Part shown: piece after piece, positions 44,616-53,734 of the stretch
How the letters are laid out: each line of letters begins with the position of its first letter
Numbering within the stretch: the stretch's first letter is position 1
Assembly: GCA_963693365.1 (NCBI GenBank)
Contig: CAVNZM010000019.1
Coordinates: 133,272-197,271, forward strand
Direction: 5' to 3'
DNA from: Amoebidium appalachense
Lineage: Eukaryota; Protista; Ichthyosporea
Length of the DNA: 64,000 bases
The notes under the pieces: model-generated
Database searches by the model: none
Seen by the model: the letters and a program-made list of their open reading frames with translations, nothing else
Told to the model about the DNA's origin: nothing
Program-made: the position numbers and the translations under genes

Positions 44616-45575
44616 ATGATGCGCCTGTTGATGTCGGCCATGCTGTGTGCGTCCACGGCGCAGTGCAAGAGGTCGCAGTGCCCGGCCGGGTCCGCGCTCC
44701 TGTTCTATCGCACGTTCAAAAACGTCGCGGACGGACCCTACGCGGTCGAGTTGTTGCGCAAGGACGTGCCCAACGTGACCATGGCGACCGGCGATGCCAG
44801 GAACATGATGGCACACCAGGGCAGCCTGCGCATGAAACTCCCGGCCGGGTGCGTCGGCACCCAGGAGTGCTCGTTCCAGTGGAAGGTGGGCCTCGACCGG
44901 ACTTTGGAGGCCATGTACGCATACAGCGTCAAGTTCGAAAGCACGTACGACTTTGCCAAGGGCGGCAAGCTGCCTGGGCTGTGCGGCAACACGTGCCCGA
45001 CGGGCGGCCGCGACTCATCGATGGGCTTCAGCGCGCGCAACATGTGGCGCACGAACGGCGAGCTCGTGAGCTACCTGTACCTCCACGGCAAGAAGGAGAG
45101 AATGGGGCGGGATGTGGTGTGGATGAACGCCACGAGCGGCAAACCGCTGCGGCTGCCAACGGACCAGTGGGCGTTTCTTTATTTCTGGGTCCGACTCAAC
45201 ACAATCGGGAAGAACGACGGGCGGCTTGTTGGATTCTACAACGGCGAGGTCGCTGTCAACATCAAGATCGACTGGCGCAAGAGCGAGGACGTGTTCATCG
45301 ACACGTTCTACTTTTCCAACTTCTACGGGGGCGGGGACAGCAGCTGGGCGCCGGACAGGGACATGTACATCCGGTTCAACGACCTCCAGGTGTGCACACG
45401 GGACGGATTTGGGTGGCTGAAGTACTACCAGGCACCCCCTAAGAGCAACACCACGACGGCAGAAGGGGTCGGGAAGGACGTTGTGTCACAGACAGTGCCG
45501 GGCCTGCCAGGGCTCACGAAGCCAGCCCCCGCACGGCCATACGGGGCGTGCGTAATCCCCATACCCGAGCCCTAG
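44616..45575 (+). CDS. Secreted polysaccharide lyase family 14 (chlorovirus vAL-1-like)
   Basis: Signal-like N-terminus; FAKGGKLPGL, GFSARNMWR, YLY and FSNFYGGGDSSWAP. Confidence 0.85.
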   Translation: MMRLLMSAMLCASTAQCKRSQCPAGSALLFYRTFKNVADGPYAVELLRKDVPNVTMATGDARNMMAHQGSLRMKLPAGCVGTQECSFQWKVGLDRTLEAMYAYSVKFESTYDFAKGGKLPGLCGNTCPTGGRDSSMGFSARNMWRTNGELVSYLYLHGKKERMGRDVVWMNATSGKPLRLPTDQWAFLYFWVRLNTIGKNDGRLVGFYNGEVAVNIKIDWRKSEDVFIDTFYFSNFYGGGDSSWAPDRDMYIRFNDLQVCTRDGFGWLKYYQAPPKSNTTTAEGVGKDVVSQTVPGLPGLTKPAPARPYGACVIPIPEP

Positions 45576-45576
45576 T

Positions 45577-46116
45577 TTAGTCTACGCCAAAAGGTTTGTA
45601 CTTCTTGAATGCCTTGCTGCGCCCATTGACGTAAAGGGAGTCCGGCTGCCGCAGCACGACGCCCTCGCCGCCCGCGCCGGTGATACGGTTGAACATCCGG
45701 TACAGCGCACGGTTGTTCCTGACGCGTATATGACGAACCACCCGGATGGTCTTTGCCCGGAGTCGGGGCGGACCACCGATTCGGGTTGCAAAGGGCACCC
45801 GCTTTGCGGGCATGTCGAACACCATAAAGCGCACCTTTGGCCACCATTTGTTCTGTATGTTCCGAACTATGCCCACAATCCGCGGCCGGGTGCCGTAGCC
45901 CGCGAACAGCTCGCCGTCCAGCACACGCTTGGGAAACCCTCTTGTAAACCAGAGGGGGGCAGGGATCCGCTTGCCGTGGCGTGTCCACAGGCTTCGGCCG
46001 TCCCACACGCAGCGGATGCCGTCGTATTTCTCTGAGGCATACCAGCCGGTCATATCCTCCAGCGGTTGGTTGTGGCTGTCGGTGCGCAGTCGGCGGCCCA
46101 GCATTGGCTTCATCAC
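45577..46116 (-). CDS. ATP-dependent DNA ligase, adenylation domain only
   Basis: SEKYDGIR, LDGELF, FMVFD, GEGVVLR and KKYK; it stops before an OB domain. Confidence 0.85.
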   Translation of the reverse strand: MMKPMLGRRLRTDSHNQPLEDMTGWYASEKYDGIRCVWDGRSLWTRHGKRIPAPLWFTRGFPKRVLDGELFAGYGTRPRIVGIVRNIQNKWWPKVRFMVFDMPAKRVPFATRIGGPPRLRAKTIRVVRHIRVRNNRALYRMFNRITGAGGEGVVLRQPDSLYVNGRSKAFKKYKPFGVD

Positions 46117-46126
46117 TGACAGGGGG

Positions 46127-46834
46127 CTACAAAGGGGCCACCGTGCGGTTGTGAATGTGCTGTTCCAGCAAGCGGCTGGTCTCGGTGAGCGCGGGGTAGA
46201 AGGCGTCCTGCAGGTGCTCCGTCATGACGCGCTTGCGGTTGGATTTGCGGCACAGCGCCAGGGCTTCGGTTAGGACGCACTCGGTGAAGGATTGGATTAT
46301 GCACGCGCAGGCGATGCCACTGATGACACTGACGCGCCACTTGACGGTAGGGTCAAGAGCGAGAAGGGTGTTGCGAAACCGTGATGGGGGGAACACCAAC
46401 TTGCACCTGCGCGTAATGGTGGTGCGCGTGCCGACAGTCAGGTTGTTGTCCTCGTACAGGGCGAGGCTCTCCTGAATGCGCGTCAACATGCCACGCACCA
46501 CGCTGTCCGAAAGGAACACGCGGGCGGCCCCGACCACGTGCCTGAGCTTGACGGTGACGTGGCGTGCGTCGCCCAGCATGTGTACGATGCACATGCCGAT
46601 CTTTTCCTGTAGTGCGGTCTGGAACATGTTGAGGTAGTCCAGGGCGTGTTTGTTTATGGCAAGCGTAGACATGCGTTTGAGCAGGCGGTATGTGTAGGCA
46701 TTGTAGGACTTGCACTTTTCCCGGGGCAAAAGCGCGTCAGGGGACGGAAACGCCGTGTCGGGGTAGTAGCACGGTAGCACCTCGGGCAGGCAGTTCAGCA
46801 CGCCGTTGTTCTGCGCATGGCATGGTATCTCCAT
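46127..46834 (-). CDS. Histone doublet H2B-H2A
   Basis: SYNAYTYRLLKR...INKHALDYLNMF...TVKLRHVVGAARVFL is H2B-like. It is followed by TITRRCKLVFPPSRF...RVS...NRKRVMTEHLQ, which is H2A-like. Confidence 0.85.
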   Translation of the reverse strand: MEIPCHAQNNGVLNCLPEVLPCYYPDTAFPSPDALLPREKCKSYNAYTYRLLKRMSTLAINKHALDYLNMFQTALQEKIGMCIVHMLGDARHVTVKLRHVVGAARVFLSDSVVRGMLTRIQESLALYEDNNLTVGTRTTITRRCKLVFPPSRFRNTLLALDPTVKWRVSVISGIACACIIQSFTECVLTEALALCRKSNRKRVMTEHLQDAFYPALTETSRLLEQHIHNRTVAPL

Positions 46835-46900
46835 GTTGGTGCGAGAGATTTATTTGTGGCCCACATTCACGCTTCAGCCACGCAATCCGCCCGCTATGTA

Positions 46901-47353
46901 ATGTCGTCGATGAGACTCTACGCCGCAGAGAGGGAGGGCTACACGAGGGACGTGCTTCGCTCACGGACGTATGTGGACATCCCCGCCAACATTGTGGGAA
47001 CACGGGACGATACATGCGCGAGGTACCCGCTGTGCACGCCCGAGACCATGGATGAGTGGCAGCAGTACAGATACTGTGGGGAGGGTGCTCATGAAACCGG
47101 CAGCCTTGCAATGGAGGTAGACATGTGGAGCGACATCCGCCGTCAGGAGGACCTGGTGAACACGATGTCGGCAAGGCTCGGTGGCCCGTTCATCAGGTAT
47201 CCCGTACAGGAAAGCATCTGCTCCTTCGGTAGCCCGTCACCCGACACCCCGCGCTGGTTTGCCGACCGTATGGACAGGTACATCAACCTGCCGTCCGAAG
47301 CTCCGGTTGGTCTTTATGTCTCACACCCCGAGATGCAATTGATCTTTCTTTAG
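46901..47353 (+). CDS. Hypothetical protein
   Basis: ORF of about 150 aa divergent from the histone gene. Confidence 0.5.
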   Translation: MSSMRLYAAEREGYTRDVLRSRTYVDIPANIVGTRDDTCARYPLCTPETMDEWQQYRYCGEGAHETGSLAMEVDMWSDIRRQEDLVNTMSARLGGPFIRYPVQESICSFGSPSPDTPRWFADRMDRYINLPSEAPVGLYVSHPEMQLIFL

Positions 47354-47410
47354 CCTCCCCCGCCCGCAACCCAAAAACACGAATAAATATTTTCTATACC
47401 AAAAGGTAAA

Positions 47411-47767
47411 ATGGGTGAAACCAAGTCCAAGAAGAAGGTCGGTATCCGCAAGCAGTGGAAGCTCCTGTGCGAGTACGCCGTCGCCCACGACGGGGACATC
47501 GACAAGATGGGTCTTGACGACCCGCTCTTTGAAGGCGGACCCACAGTCGGACAGTTCCTGTTGCGCCACTACCTGAACCGCTGCATCGCTCCGTTCATGA
47601 AGGCCCAGGCTAAGGCCCAAAAAGCCGAGGCCGAGTCTGCCTCTGCCCAAGCCGCCCCCGCCCCCCCAGCAACCGAGGAAGCCGCCCCTGCCCCCCCCGA
47701 CCAATGCGACACCCGACACCAGTGCGGAGAAGCGCCAGGCCCAGGCGGACCCGCCCGGCGCTCCTAA
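47411..47767 (+). CDS. Hypothetical protein with basic N-terminus and Ala/Pro-rich tail (3' end uncertain)
   Basis: AAAATG start context, GC3 bias and a likely frameshift at the C-run near 47695. Confidence 0.5.
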   Translation: MGETKSKKKVGIRKQWKLLCEYAVAHDGDIDKMGLDDPLFEGGPTVGQFLLRHYLNRCIAPFMKAQAKAQKAEAESASAQAAPAPPATEEAAPAPPDQCDTRHQCGEAPGPGGPARRS

Positions 47768-47949
47768 AAAAAAGGCCCGCAAGATAGCACCGAAACCACC
47801 AGCTGGTATAGTGGTTCATGCGTAATCGTGTGAAGCGCCCGGTGGGTGGCAAAAACGGCAATAAACAACCAACCCCAACACGCCGAATCCGTACAAACAC
47901 CGCTTGCCCAAAGGGTATAAATAACCCATTCGCACGGGCAGTTTCCTAA

Positions 47950-48527
47950 ATGGCTCTCTACCCCGACTACCCCAACCCCAACCACATCGCCCCCCCCTGC
48001 CCGACCAACGCGTTTCTCCGGGCACTGTTGTGTCCGTGAACCCCGTCAACCTGACGCAAAGTGTGTGCCACTACTGCTGCCACCCGTTCACGGGGCCGCT
48101 GGTTGCCATACCAATACGATTCAAAGCGGAAAAGGAACTGTTTTATTGTACACCCAACGTGTTTTGTTCTTTCGCGTGCGCGCGGGCACATCTGAAGGTG
48201 ATGCCCGGATACGTCAAGGCCCGTGCCCCCTCTTTGCTGTCGATGATGTTCCGAAGAATGGGGGGAAGCTGGAACACGTGGCCGAACCCCGCCCCTCCGC
48301 GGTCTGTGCTCAAGCTGTTTGGGGGCAACATGGACATCGAGGAGTTCCGTGCGGCTTCACAGAAAGGGGCGCATCCCGTGCAGCTGTCCAGCTGCCCGTT
48401 CGTGCTGGAGGAGCTCTACGTGGTGTCCCGACACGCCATCAAGGAGGGCCCCAGGCGCCCCGCTCCGCTTCCCGCACCCCCACGGCAGACGGAGGCCAGC
48501 ATCATGGGGTTCCTGACGGCACGGTGA
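47950..48527 (+). CDS. VLTF2: Viral late transcription factor 2-like (A1L family) zinc-finger protein; probable frameshift near 47992
   Basis: CHYCCHPF...IP...FCSFACARA...PAPPRSVLKLFGGNMDIEEFR; TATAAATA at 47916. Confidence 0.88.
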
Positions 48528-48713
48528 CAACGTTAGAAGGGGTCAACATCGAGCTCCCCAACCGGATTGACCTTGATGAGACCCCAGTTGTGGTCGGACG
48601 GCACACGGATGTAGCGTGGATCGCGCCAGAAGCTGCACTGCCGCGGCATCCACCTCCTGCGAGCCTTCACACATGCGCTGTACCCACGCCTAGCTGAACG
48701 TCCCCATGGCTGC

Positions 48714-49205
48714 CTACGTCTCGTCGCTCGGGGCATTTGTGTCTGGAACGAATAAACCCAGAAGGTTATCGCTTGGGATTTCATAATGTGGCTGAATCCA
48801 TGGGACAAGCAACCCCAGCCCCTCCAGGGGCACAAACCCCCTCTTTAGAACCAGCCCCGACCCGAGAATAACGTGCACGTGCTCTCCCCTCGCCAGCGTG
48901 TTCGCGATTTCAAGAAGCTTGACGGTATCGAGCTCAAAGGCGGTGCCCTCGAAACGTTCGCTGACCCGCCGCAGGGCCTGGAGCGCGCGCAGCAGCAGGT
49001 CGTCCCCGTTAAGGTGTAGGTGTATCACGGACGGGCTGTTGATGAACCGGTGGGTCTCCCAGCGGTACACGGCACTGCGGGCCATCTCGACGTACATGCG
49101 GCCTTCTAGGTGCGCCGGCAGACGTGCGTCACATCCGTGACTCCGGTAGAAGGCGACGGCAGCCTGGTAGGCCAGCGAGGTCTCAGAAGAGCGGAGTGTC
49201 ATCAC
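48714..49205 (-). CDS. Hypothetical protein
   Basis: 163-aa ORF in a co-oriented block. Confidence 0.45.
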   Translation of the reverse strand: MMTLRSSETSLAYQAAVAFYRSHGCDARLPAHLEGRMYVEMARSAVYRWETHRFINSPSVIHLHLNGDDLLLRALQALRRVSERFEGTAFELDTVKLLEIANTLARGEHVHVILGSGLVLKRGFVPLEGLGLLVPWIQPHYEIPSDNLLGLFVPDTNAPSDET

Positions 49206-49743
49206 TGAGCTTGGTCAGCAGCTCCTTGTACTTTATACGCGACGGCGGCTGCGGCATGACCTTGGCGAGCTTGCTGTCGATGAGGGCCTCCAGCTGGCGA
49301 TCGCGCTCGCGCCTGCGCTGCTCGCGCTCCTCGCCCTGCTGGTCACGGGTGGCCTGCAGGGACGTGGTGTGCTTCTCGAGCATCTCGCGCTGCTGCTGCA
49401 CCTGCTGCTCGAGGGCGGCGATGTGCTCGCGGGCCTTCTCGTACTCCTCGAGGCGCTTGTCGAGCTTCTCGTAGTTGGTGCGTGCCTGCTCCCAGTACTC
49501 GGCCTTCATCTTCTCCATGCGGTCGGCAAGCTCGGTTTTGGACACGATCTGCTGCTCCAGCTTCTCCTGCGTCTCCTTGACCCAGCGCTCCAGCTCCTTG
49601 TTGCGGCGGTCGTAGGCCTCGAGGTCGGTGTTCTTCTGCAGGATGGCGCGGCGGTACTCCTCCTGTGCGGCCTTGAACTCCTCCTGTGCGGCCTCGAACT
49701 TCTTCTCCATCATCTTGGCATCCAGAATAGCTCCGATGTCCAT
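49183..49743 (-). CDS. Coiled-coil protein
   Basis: E/K/R/Q-rich heptads and strong GC3 bias. Confidence 0.7.
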   Translation of the reverse strand: MDIGAILDAKMMEKKFEAAQEEFKAAQEEYRRAILQKNTDLEAYDRRNKELERWVKETQEKLEQQIVSKTELADRMEKMKAEYWEQARTNYEKLDKRLEEYEKAREHIAALEQQVQQQREMLEKHTTSLQATRDQQGEEREQRRRERDRQLEALIDSKLAKVMPQPPSRIKYKELLTKLSDDTPLF

Positions 49744-49778
49744 TAGTAGAGGGACACAGAAAATAAAAGTGCAGGTTT

Positions 49779-50483
49779 TCAGTCCTCGTTGCCGTACGAC
49801 TGGAACTTCCTGTCGCCCGCCCGGAAGCGGATGGACGGCTCGGCCCGCCAGTAGTAGAGCTTGTCCTCGGGGCGATTTGACTTGTGGGTGCGGTCCAGGA
49901 CCAGGATGCCGTAGTTCTGGGTGTACTCATTCAGCAGCTCGTTGAACTCCCTGAAGGACTCGATGAAGCCGAAGAAGCTCTCCCACAGCTTCCGGCGTTC
50001 CAGCTGGCTGTCCTCGGCGAACACGAAGAGACAGTTGATGTTGTTGCGGTACTCGGGCGGGATGCTCTTTGCGTACTGGATGCTCATGAGGTAGAACCAG
50101 TTGAAGTGGCGGCCGTTGAAGAAGATCTGGCGGATGGTGGGGTCGTTCTTGAGCTGCTTGTCGTAGATGACGTCCTCGGCAATGCAGAAGATGTTTGGGG
50201 AGGTGCGCTTGGTCCAGCCCTTGACCCTGTCCTTCTGGCGCTCATAGAGCTGGCGCAGCTCGGTGGGGCGGAACTCGTTGTAGATGAACGCCTTGTTGAG
50301 GAAGCGGCCCCAGAACTGGTTGCCGTCCTCGGTGGCGCTCATGGCGATGCCGGCGCTCAGGTACTTGCGCTTGTGGTAGAGGACGTTGGCCATGGCGATG
50401 CTCTTGCCGCTGCCGCGGGGCCCGACAAAGACGCACACGGCCTCGGGAGGGATGGTGTTTGGGTAGAACGGCTGGAGCTTCAT
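49779..50483 (-). CDS. A32: A32-like genome packaging ATPase
   Basis: GPRGSGKS, ATEDGN.FW, IAEDV, FFNGRH, SIQY and PPEYRNNI. Confidence 0.95.
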   Translation of the reverse strand: MKLQPFYPNTIPPEAVCVFVGPRGSGKSIAMANVLYHKRKYLSAGIAMSATEDGNQFWGRFLNKAFIYNEFRPTELRQLYERQKDRVKGWTKRTSPNIFCIAEDVIYDKQLKNDPTIRQIFFNGRHFNWFYLMSIQYAKSIPPEYRNNINCLFVFAEDSQLERRKLWESFFGFIESFREFNELLNEYTQNYGILVLDRTHKSNRPEDKLYYWRAEPSIRFRAGDRKFQSYGNED

Positions 50484-51130
50484 GTCTGCAGTAGGGCGAG
50501 AAATCATCTGGGCGAGGCACAAGTCAAGCAAAGGCACAAGAGAACGGCAAGCGTGAGGTAACCCGGCAAACGGGTGGGGGTATTATCTATCCCCACTGTG
50601 ATGACCTCACCATCCCCTCCCACGCACCGTGGCCCCAGCCCCCCCCTGCCCCTCGCCCTGAAGGGGGTGAATAGAATTGGCGCGGGCCACCTACCAAGAG
50701 CTCCGCAAACGGGCGCGCCGCCCCCGCGCCCGCCCCGCCCCCCGTTTAGCACCCCCGCACCATCATTTCGGCTGCACCGGCAACAAGCCCGCCGGCAAGC
50801 GCGACAAAACCCGTGATCCTACCAACTGCCGCTGGCGCCCCTTAGACAGGGACCATGCCACGCCATGGAGGCCACGTAAGACACTTGTCCGTGAGCACGC
50901 GTGACATGCGGCGCACTGGAACAAGGACCACGACGTCCCAACTCCTCATCAGAGTGCAATATCTGATAAGCATGTGGTGTGTGTGTGTGTGTGTGTTGTG
51001 GGGGGGGGGTTACAACTTCTTTCCCTTCTGCTTCCTGTGTTTTTTCGGTCTCTGTTTATTTTGAAAAGCTGTCAGCCTCCACACAAAACACCTTCTTCAT
51101 CCGTGCCATACCCGTGGCCAATAAAAGCTT

Positions 51131-51697
51131 TCAGCTACACTGCACGCGCTTCTCCCTGATGGCCGCCGTGATGCCGTCCAGGTCGATATCATCGGACAGC
51201 TCAATCGGCCTGTTCGGATGCAGGAGCGCGTTGGCCAGCAGCACCACAAACGCCCGGTGCCCCACGTTGTACGGCCTCGACCGGTCGAGCGCCACAATAA
51301 ACACGGCCTCGTCCGACTCCTTCTTGACCACGAACGACATGAGCGACCCCTCGTTCTCCACAAACGCAATAACCACGGCTCCGGCCTCGACCTTGCTCAC
51401 GAGCCTCTGCAGCTCCATGAGCTCGCCGGGGCTGTCGGAGATCAGCAGCTTGGAGAACAGGCTGAACTGGATGCCCGTGAAGCTGTTGAGCGCGCGCAGC
51501 AGGAACTTGCCCAGCGAGTAGCTGTTCTCCACCAGCAGGCTCTTGAGCGAGATCATGGTCTCCTCGCGGTCCGGCCGCGGCATGCTCTCGAGCGCGGCGG
51601 CGGCGTCAACCGAGTCGTACACGCACTCGTACCAGCTCTTGTATCCGGTCACGGGGAGGGCATACTGGTGCCATTCGACATAGAAGCGCATCGGCAT
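51131..51697 (-). CDS. Hypothetical protein (start uncertain)
   Basis: Strong GC3 bias downstream of the homopolymer tract; AATAAA downstream. Confidence 0.55.
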   Translation of the reverse strand: MPMRFYVEWHQYALPVTGYKSWYECVYDSVDAAAALESMPRPDREETMISLKSLLVENSYSLGKFLLRALNSFTGIQFSLFSKLLISDSPGELMELQRLVSKVEAGAVVIAFVENEGSLMSFVVKKESDEAVFIVALDRSRPYNVGHRAFVVLLANALLHPNRPIELSDDIDLDGITAAIREKRVQCS

Positions 51698-51721
51698 TGA
51701 GTAGGGGGCAGATAATTGTGA

Positions 51722-51724
<3 letters not shown>

Positions 51725-51771
<47 letters not shown>

Positions 51772-51782
51772 CCCCCCCCCCC
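51725..51782. repeat. Poly-C/poly-G tract of about 58 nt
   Basis: Direct observation. Confidence 0.95.
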
Positions 51783-52170
51783 AGCGAAAGGCGGAGCCGT
51801 GGAGGCGCCTGTCGTGCTCCAGCGTTATCACTTGAATGGTGGAGGGTTGATGTGTTCCATGTTGGCGCTGGAATGGACTGGCCATCACCAGTGGGTGTTG
51901 TCTCTTTTATACACACGATTTGCTGGTTCGCCTGCATTGCAGGAGCGTCCGGGACCGGGTTTTTTTTTTTGGGTGCTGTTAGCACCCCCTAAGAAAACTC
52001 ACACCCGTACCCGTTTTTGTTTTGGTACCCGAGTTCCCTGGACGACCCTGTTCTCTAATAAAAGGTACCCCAACCTGACACAGCCAGTCACGAACACGGC
52101 ACGGAGAACACCTCCAGCCGCGACCGGTTACGACCAAGACAGACATGAGAACACGAACTCCCTGAAATTA

Positions 52171-53007
52171 TCACAGCTTGCTGGCAGCTCGCTCCAATTG
52201 TTCGGCCTGCAGCTGCTGCTGCCACAAGCTGAACAGCAGCGAGTCCGTCTTGCGTGTGCATGCCAGGAGCCCATTGACCCGACACGACACGTTGGTCCCG
52301 CCCACGCCCACGCAGCCATTGCTGAAGCACAGCGTCTTGCCGTTGCTGCCCTTGTGGGCGTTGATGAGGTTGCCGGCCAGCGTTGCCTCGGTCGTGTGAC
52401 CGGACGCCTTGTCACTGTGGAACAGCTTCATGAAACGCGTTGCCTCCCTCTTGGCAGCATCACGGTCGATGGGTATGGGGGGGAGTAGATGATCCTTCTT
52501 GAGCCCGTCAAAGTAGAATGAGCCAAACAGGGAGTGGAGCCAATCCTTGCAAAACTTTGCCTTGTCGGCCGCAAAGGCCAGTCGATGGAGACAGTTCTCA
52601 CCCCATTGAACCTTCCCGCTTAAAAGCTCCACCAGGACCCCATCCAAATTTTTCCGGAGTGAAACCGCCAGGTCGACAACTTCCTTCTTCCGACCCTTCC
52701 GGGTCATGGTTTTCTTGTAACGATTCTTGGCGGCCTGTGCGTTAGCCCGAGTCTTGGCTTTAATGTTGGGTCGGTCAAGGATGCAGCGCTCGTCCTTGCA
52801 CTTGGCAGCATGGGTGGCGTGGGCGGTCCAGGTTCCCGCAACGTACCCACACGCCGACCTTGTGAGACCCAGCGCCGACAACCATGAATCCGTGGGGACG
52901 CACTCTGGGTGTGTCTTACGGCGCTTGTTGATGTGTCGCACCAGCTGGTAGCGATGGCTCTCAAAGCCACACGCACAGGCGGCCTGGTTCCATGACTGGA
53001 GTGGCAT
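52171..53007 (-). CDS. Zinc-finger-like protein with J-domain-like segment
   Basis: CACG...HINK, CG...HAAKC; AKREATRFMKLFHSDK resembles J-domain helix II-HPD. Confidence 0.55.
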   Translation of the reverse strand: MPLQSWNQAACACGFESHRYQLVRHINKRRKTHPECVPTDSWLSALGLTRSACGYVAGTWTAHATHAAKCKDERCILDRPNIKAKTRANAQAAKNRYKKTMTRKGRKKEVVDLAVSLRKNLDGVLVELLSGKVQWGENCLHRLAFAADKAKFCKDWLHSLFGSFYFDGLKKDHLLPPIPIDRDAAKREATRFMKLFHSDKASGHTTEATLAGNLINAHKGSNGKTLCFSNGCVGVGGTNVSCRVNGLLACTRKTDSLLFSLWQQQLQAEQLERAASKL

Positions 53008-53360
53008 GATGTAAAGCTGCGACAATAAAAGGAGAATAGGGTTGACGTGTCGCCCCGTTCTGTTGCGATTGGGGAGAAAAAGATGAATTGGGGTATGGTT
53101 TTCTGATTGATTTTAGGAGAAGGAGTGGAATCGATTAACCTGTTCTCTATGAAAACGTGGACCAGATGGTGACAGAATTCGGCGACTTCTCTCTGGTTTG
53201 GTAAGAAAAGGGTTGTGTTGATCAGAAGTGTTGATCTGGAGAATATGTTACGCTTATATACCTGCACCCCCCCGATCTTGTTCTGGTGGAAGAACTGTCC
53301 TCGGAACTGACCTTGGTATCTTCTTTATGCTGGCGTAACCAGTACACGCGCTCATTAGCG

Positions 53361-53654
53361 CTAGCCTCTGACCAAGGAGTGTCCTAGGCAAGCGCCAAGG
53401 TCGACCAGCCCTAGGCCCGTGTAACCAAAAGCAATTGTGTTGTCAGGTAGATTTATGAAGTAAAAACAAGCACCATGTCTTGCCGCAGAAGTTTGGACTG
53501 TATTTAGACCGCTTATGATATGGTATCGTGCGTCGAATGAGGGGTTGAGGGCATCCAGGTCAGCCCGGATGGCCTCTACGTATTTTCTATACTGGCGCTC
53601 AAGCTCACGTTTTCTCCTCAGAACCTCCAAATCCATGATCGTGTCTAAGTCCAT
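53361..53654 (-). pseudogene. Possible T5orf172/GIY-YIG fragment
   Basis: ACFYFINLPDNTIAFGYTG resembles ACVYALHIDGYIKIGHTG of the upstream gene. Confidence 0.35.
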
Positions 53655-53734
53655 AGCGAATGCAGAAATGAACAAATAAACAGATATTGATCGCTTTTAT
53701 AGGTTGAGTGCCCTGTCATCCACAGAAAACCAGA

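Noticed and set aside
45577-46116. mRNA capping guanylyltransferase
   Set aside because: The WYASEKYDGIR, LDGELF and YVNGRS context fits small ATP-dependent DNA ligases better.
53017-53045. Possible 5'-UTR intron acceptors before the genes starting at 53007 and 50483
   Set aside because: Pyrimidine-rich CAG sites are present, but I could not assign convincing donors.
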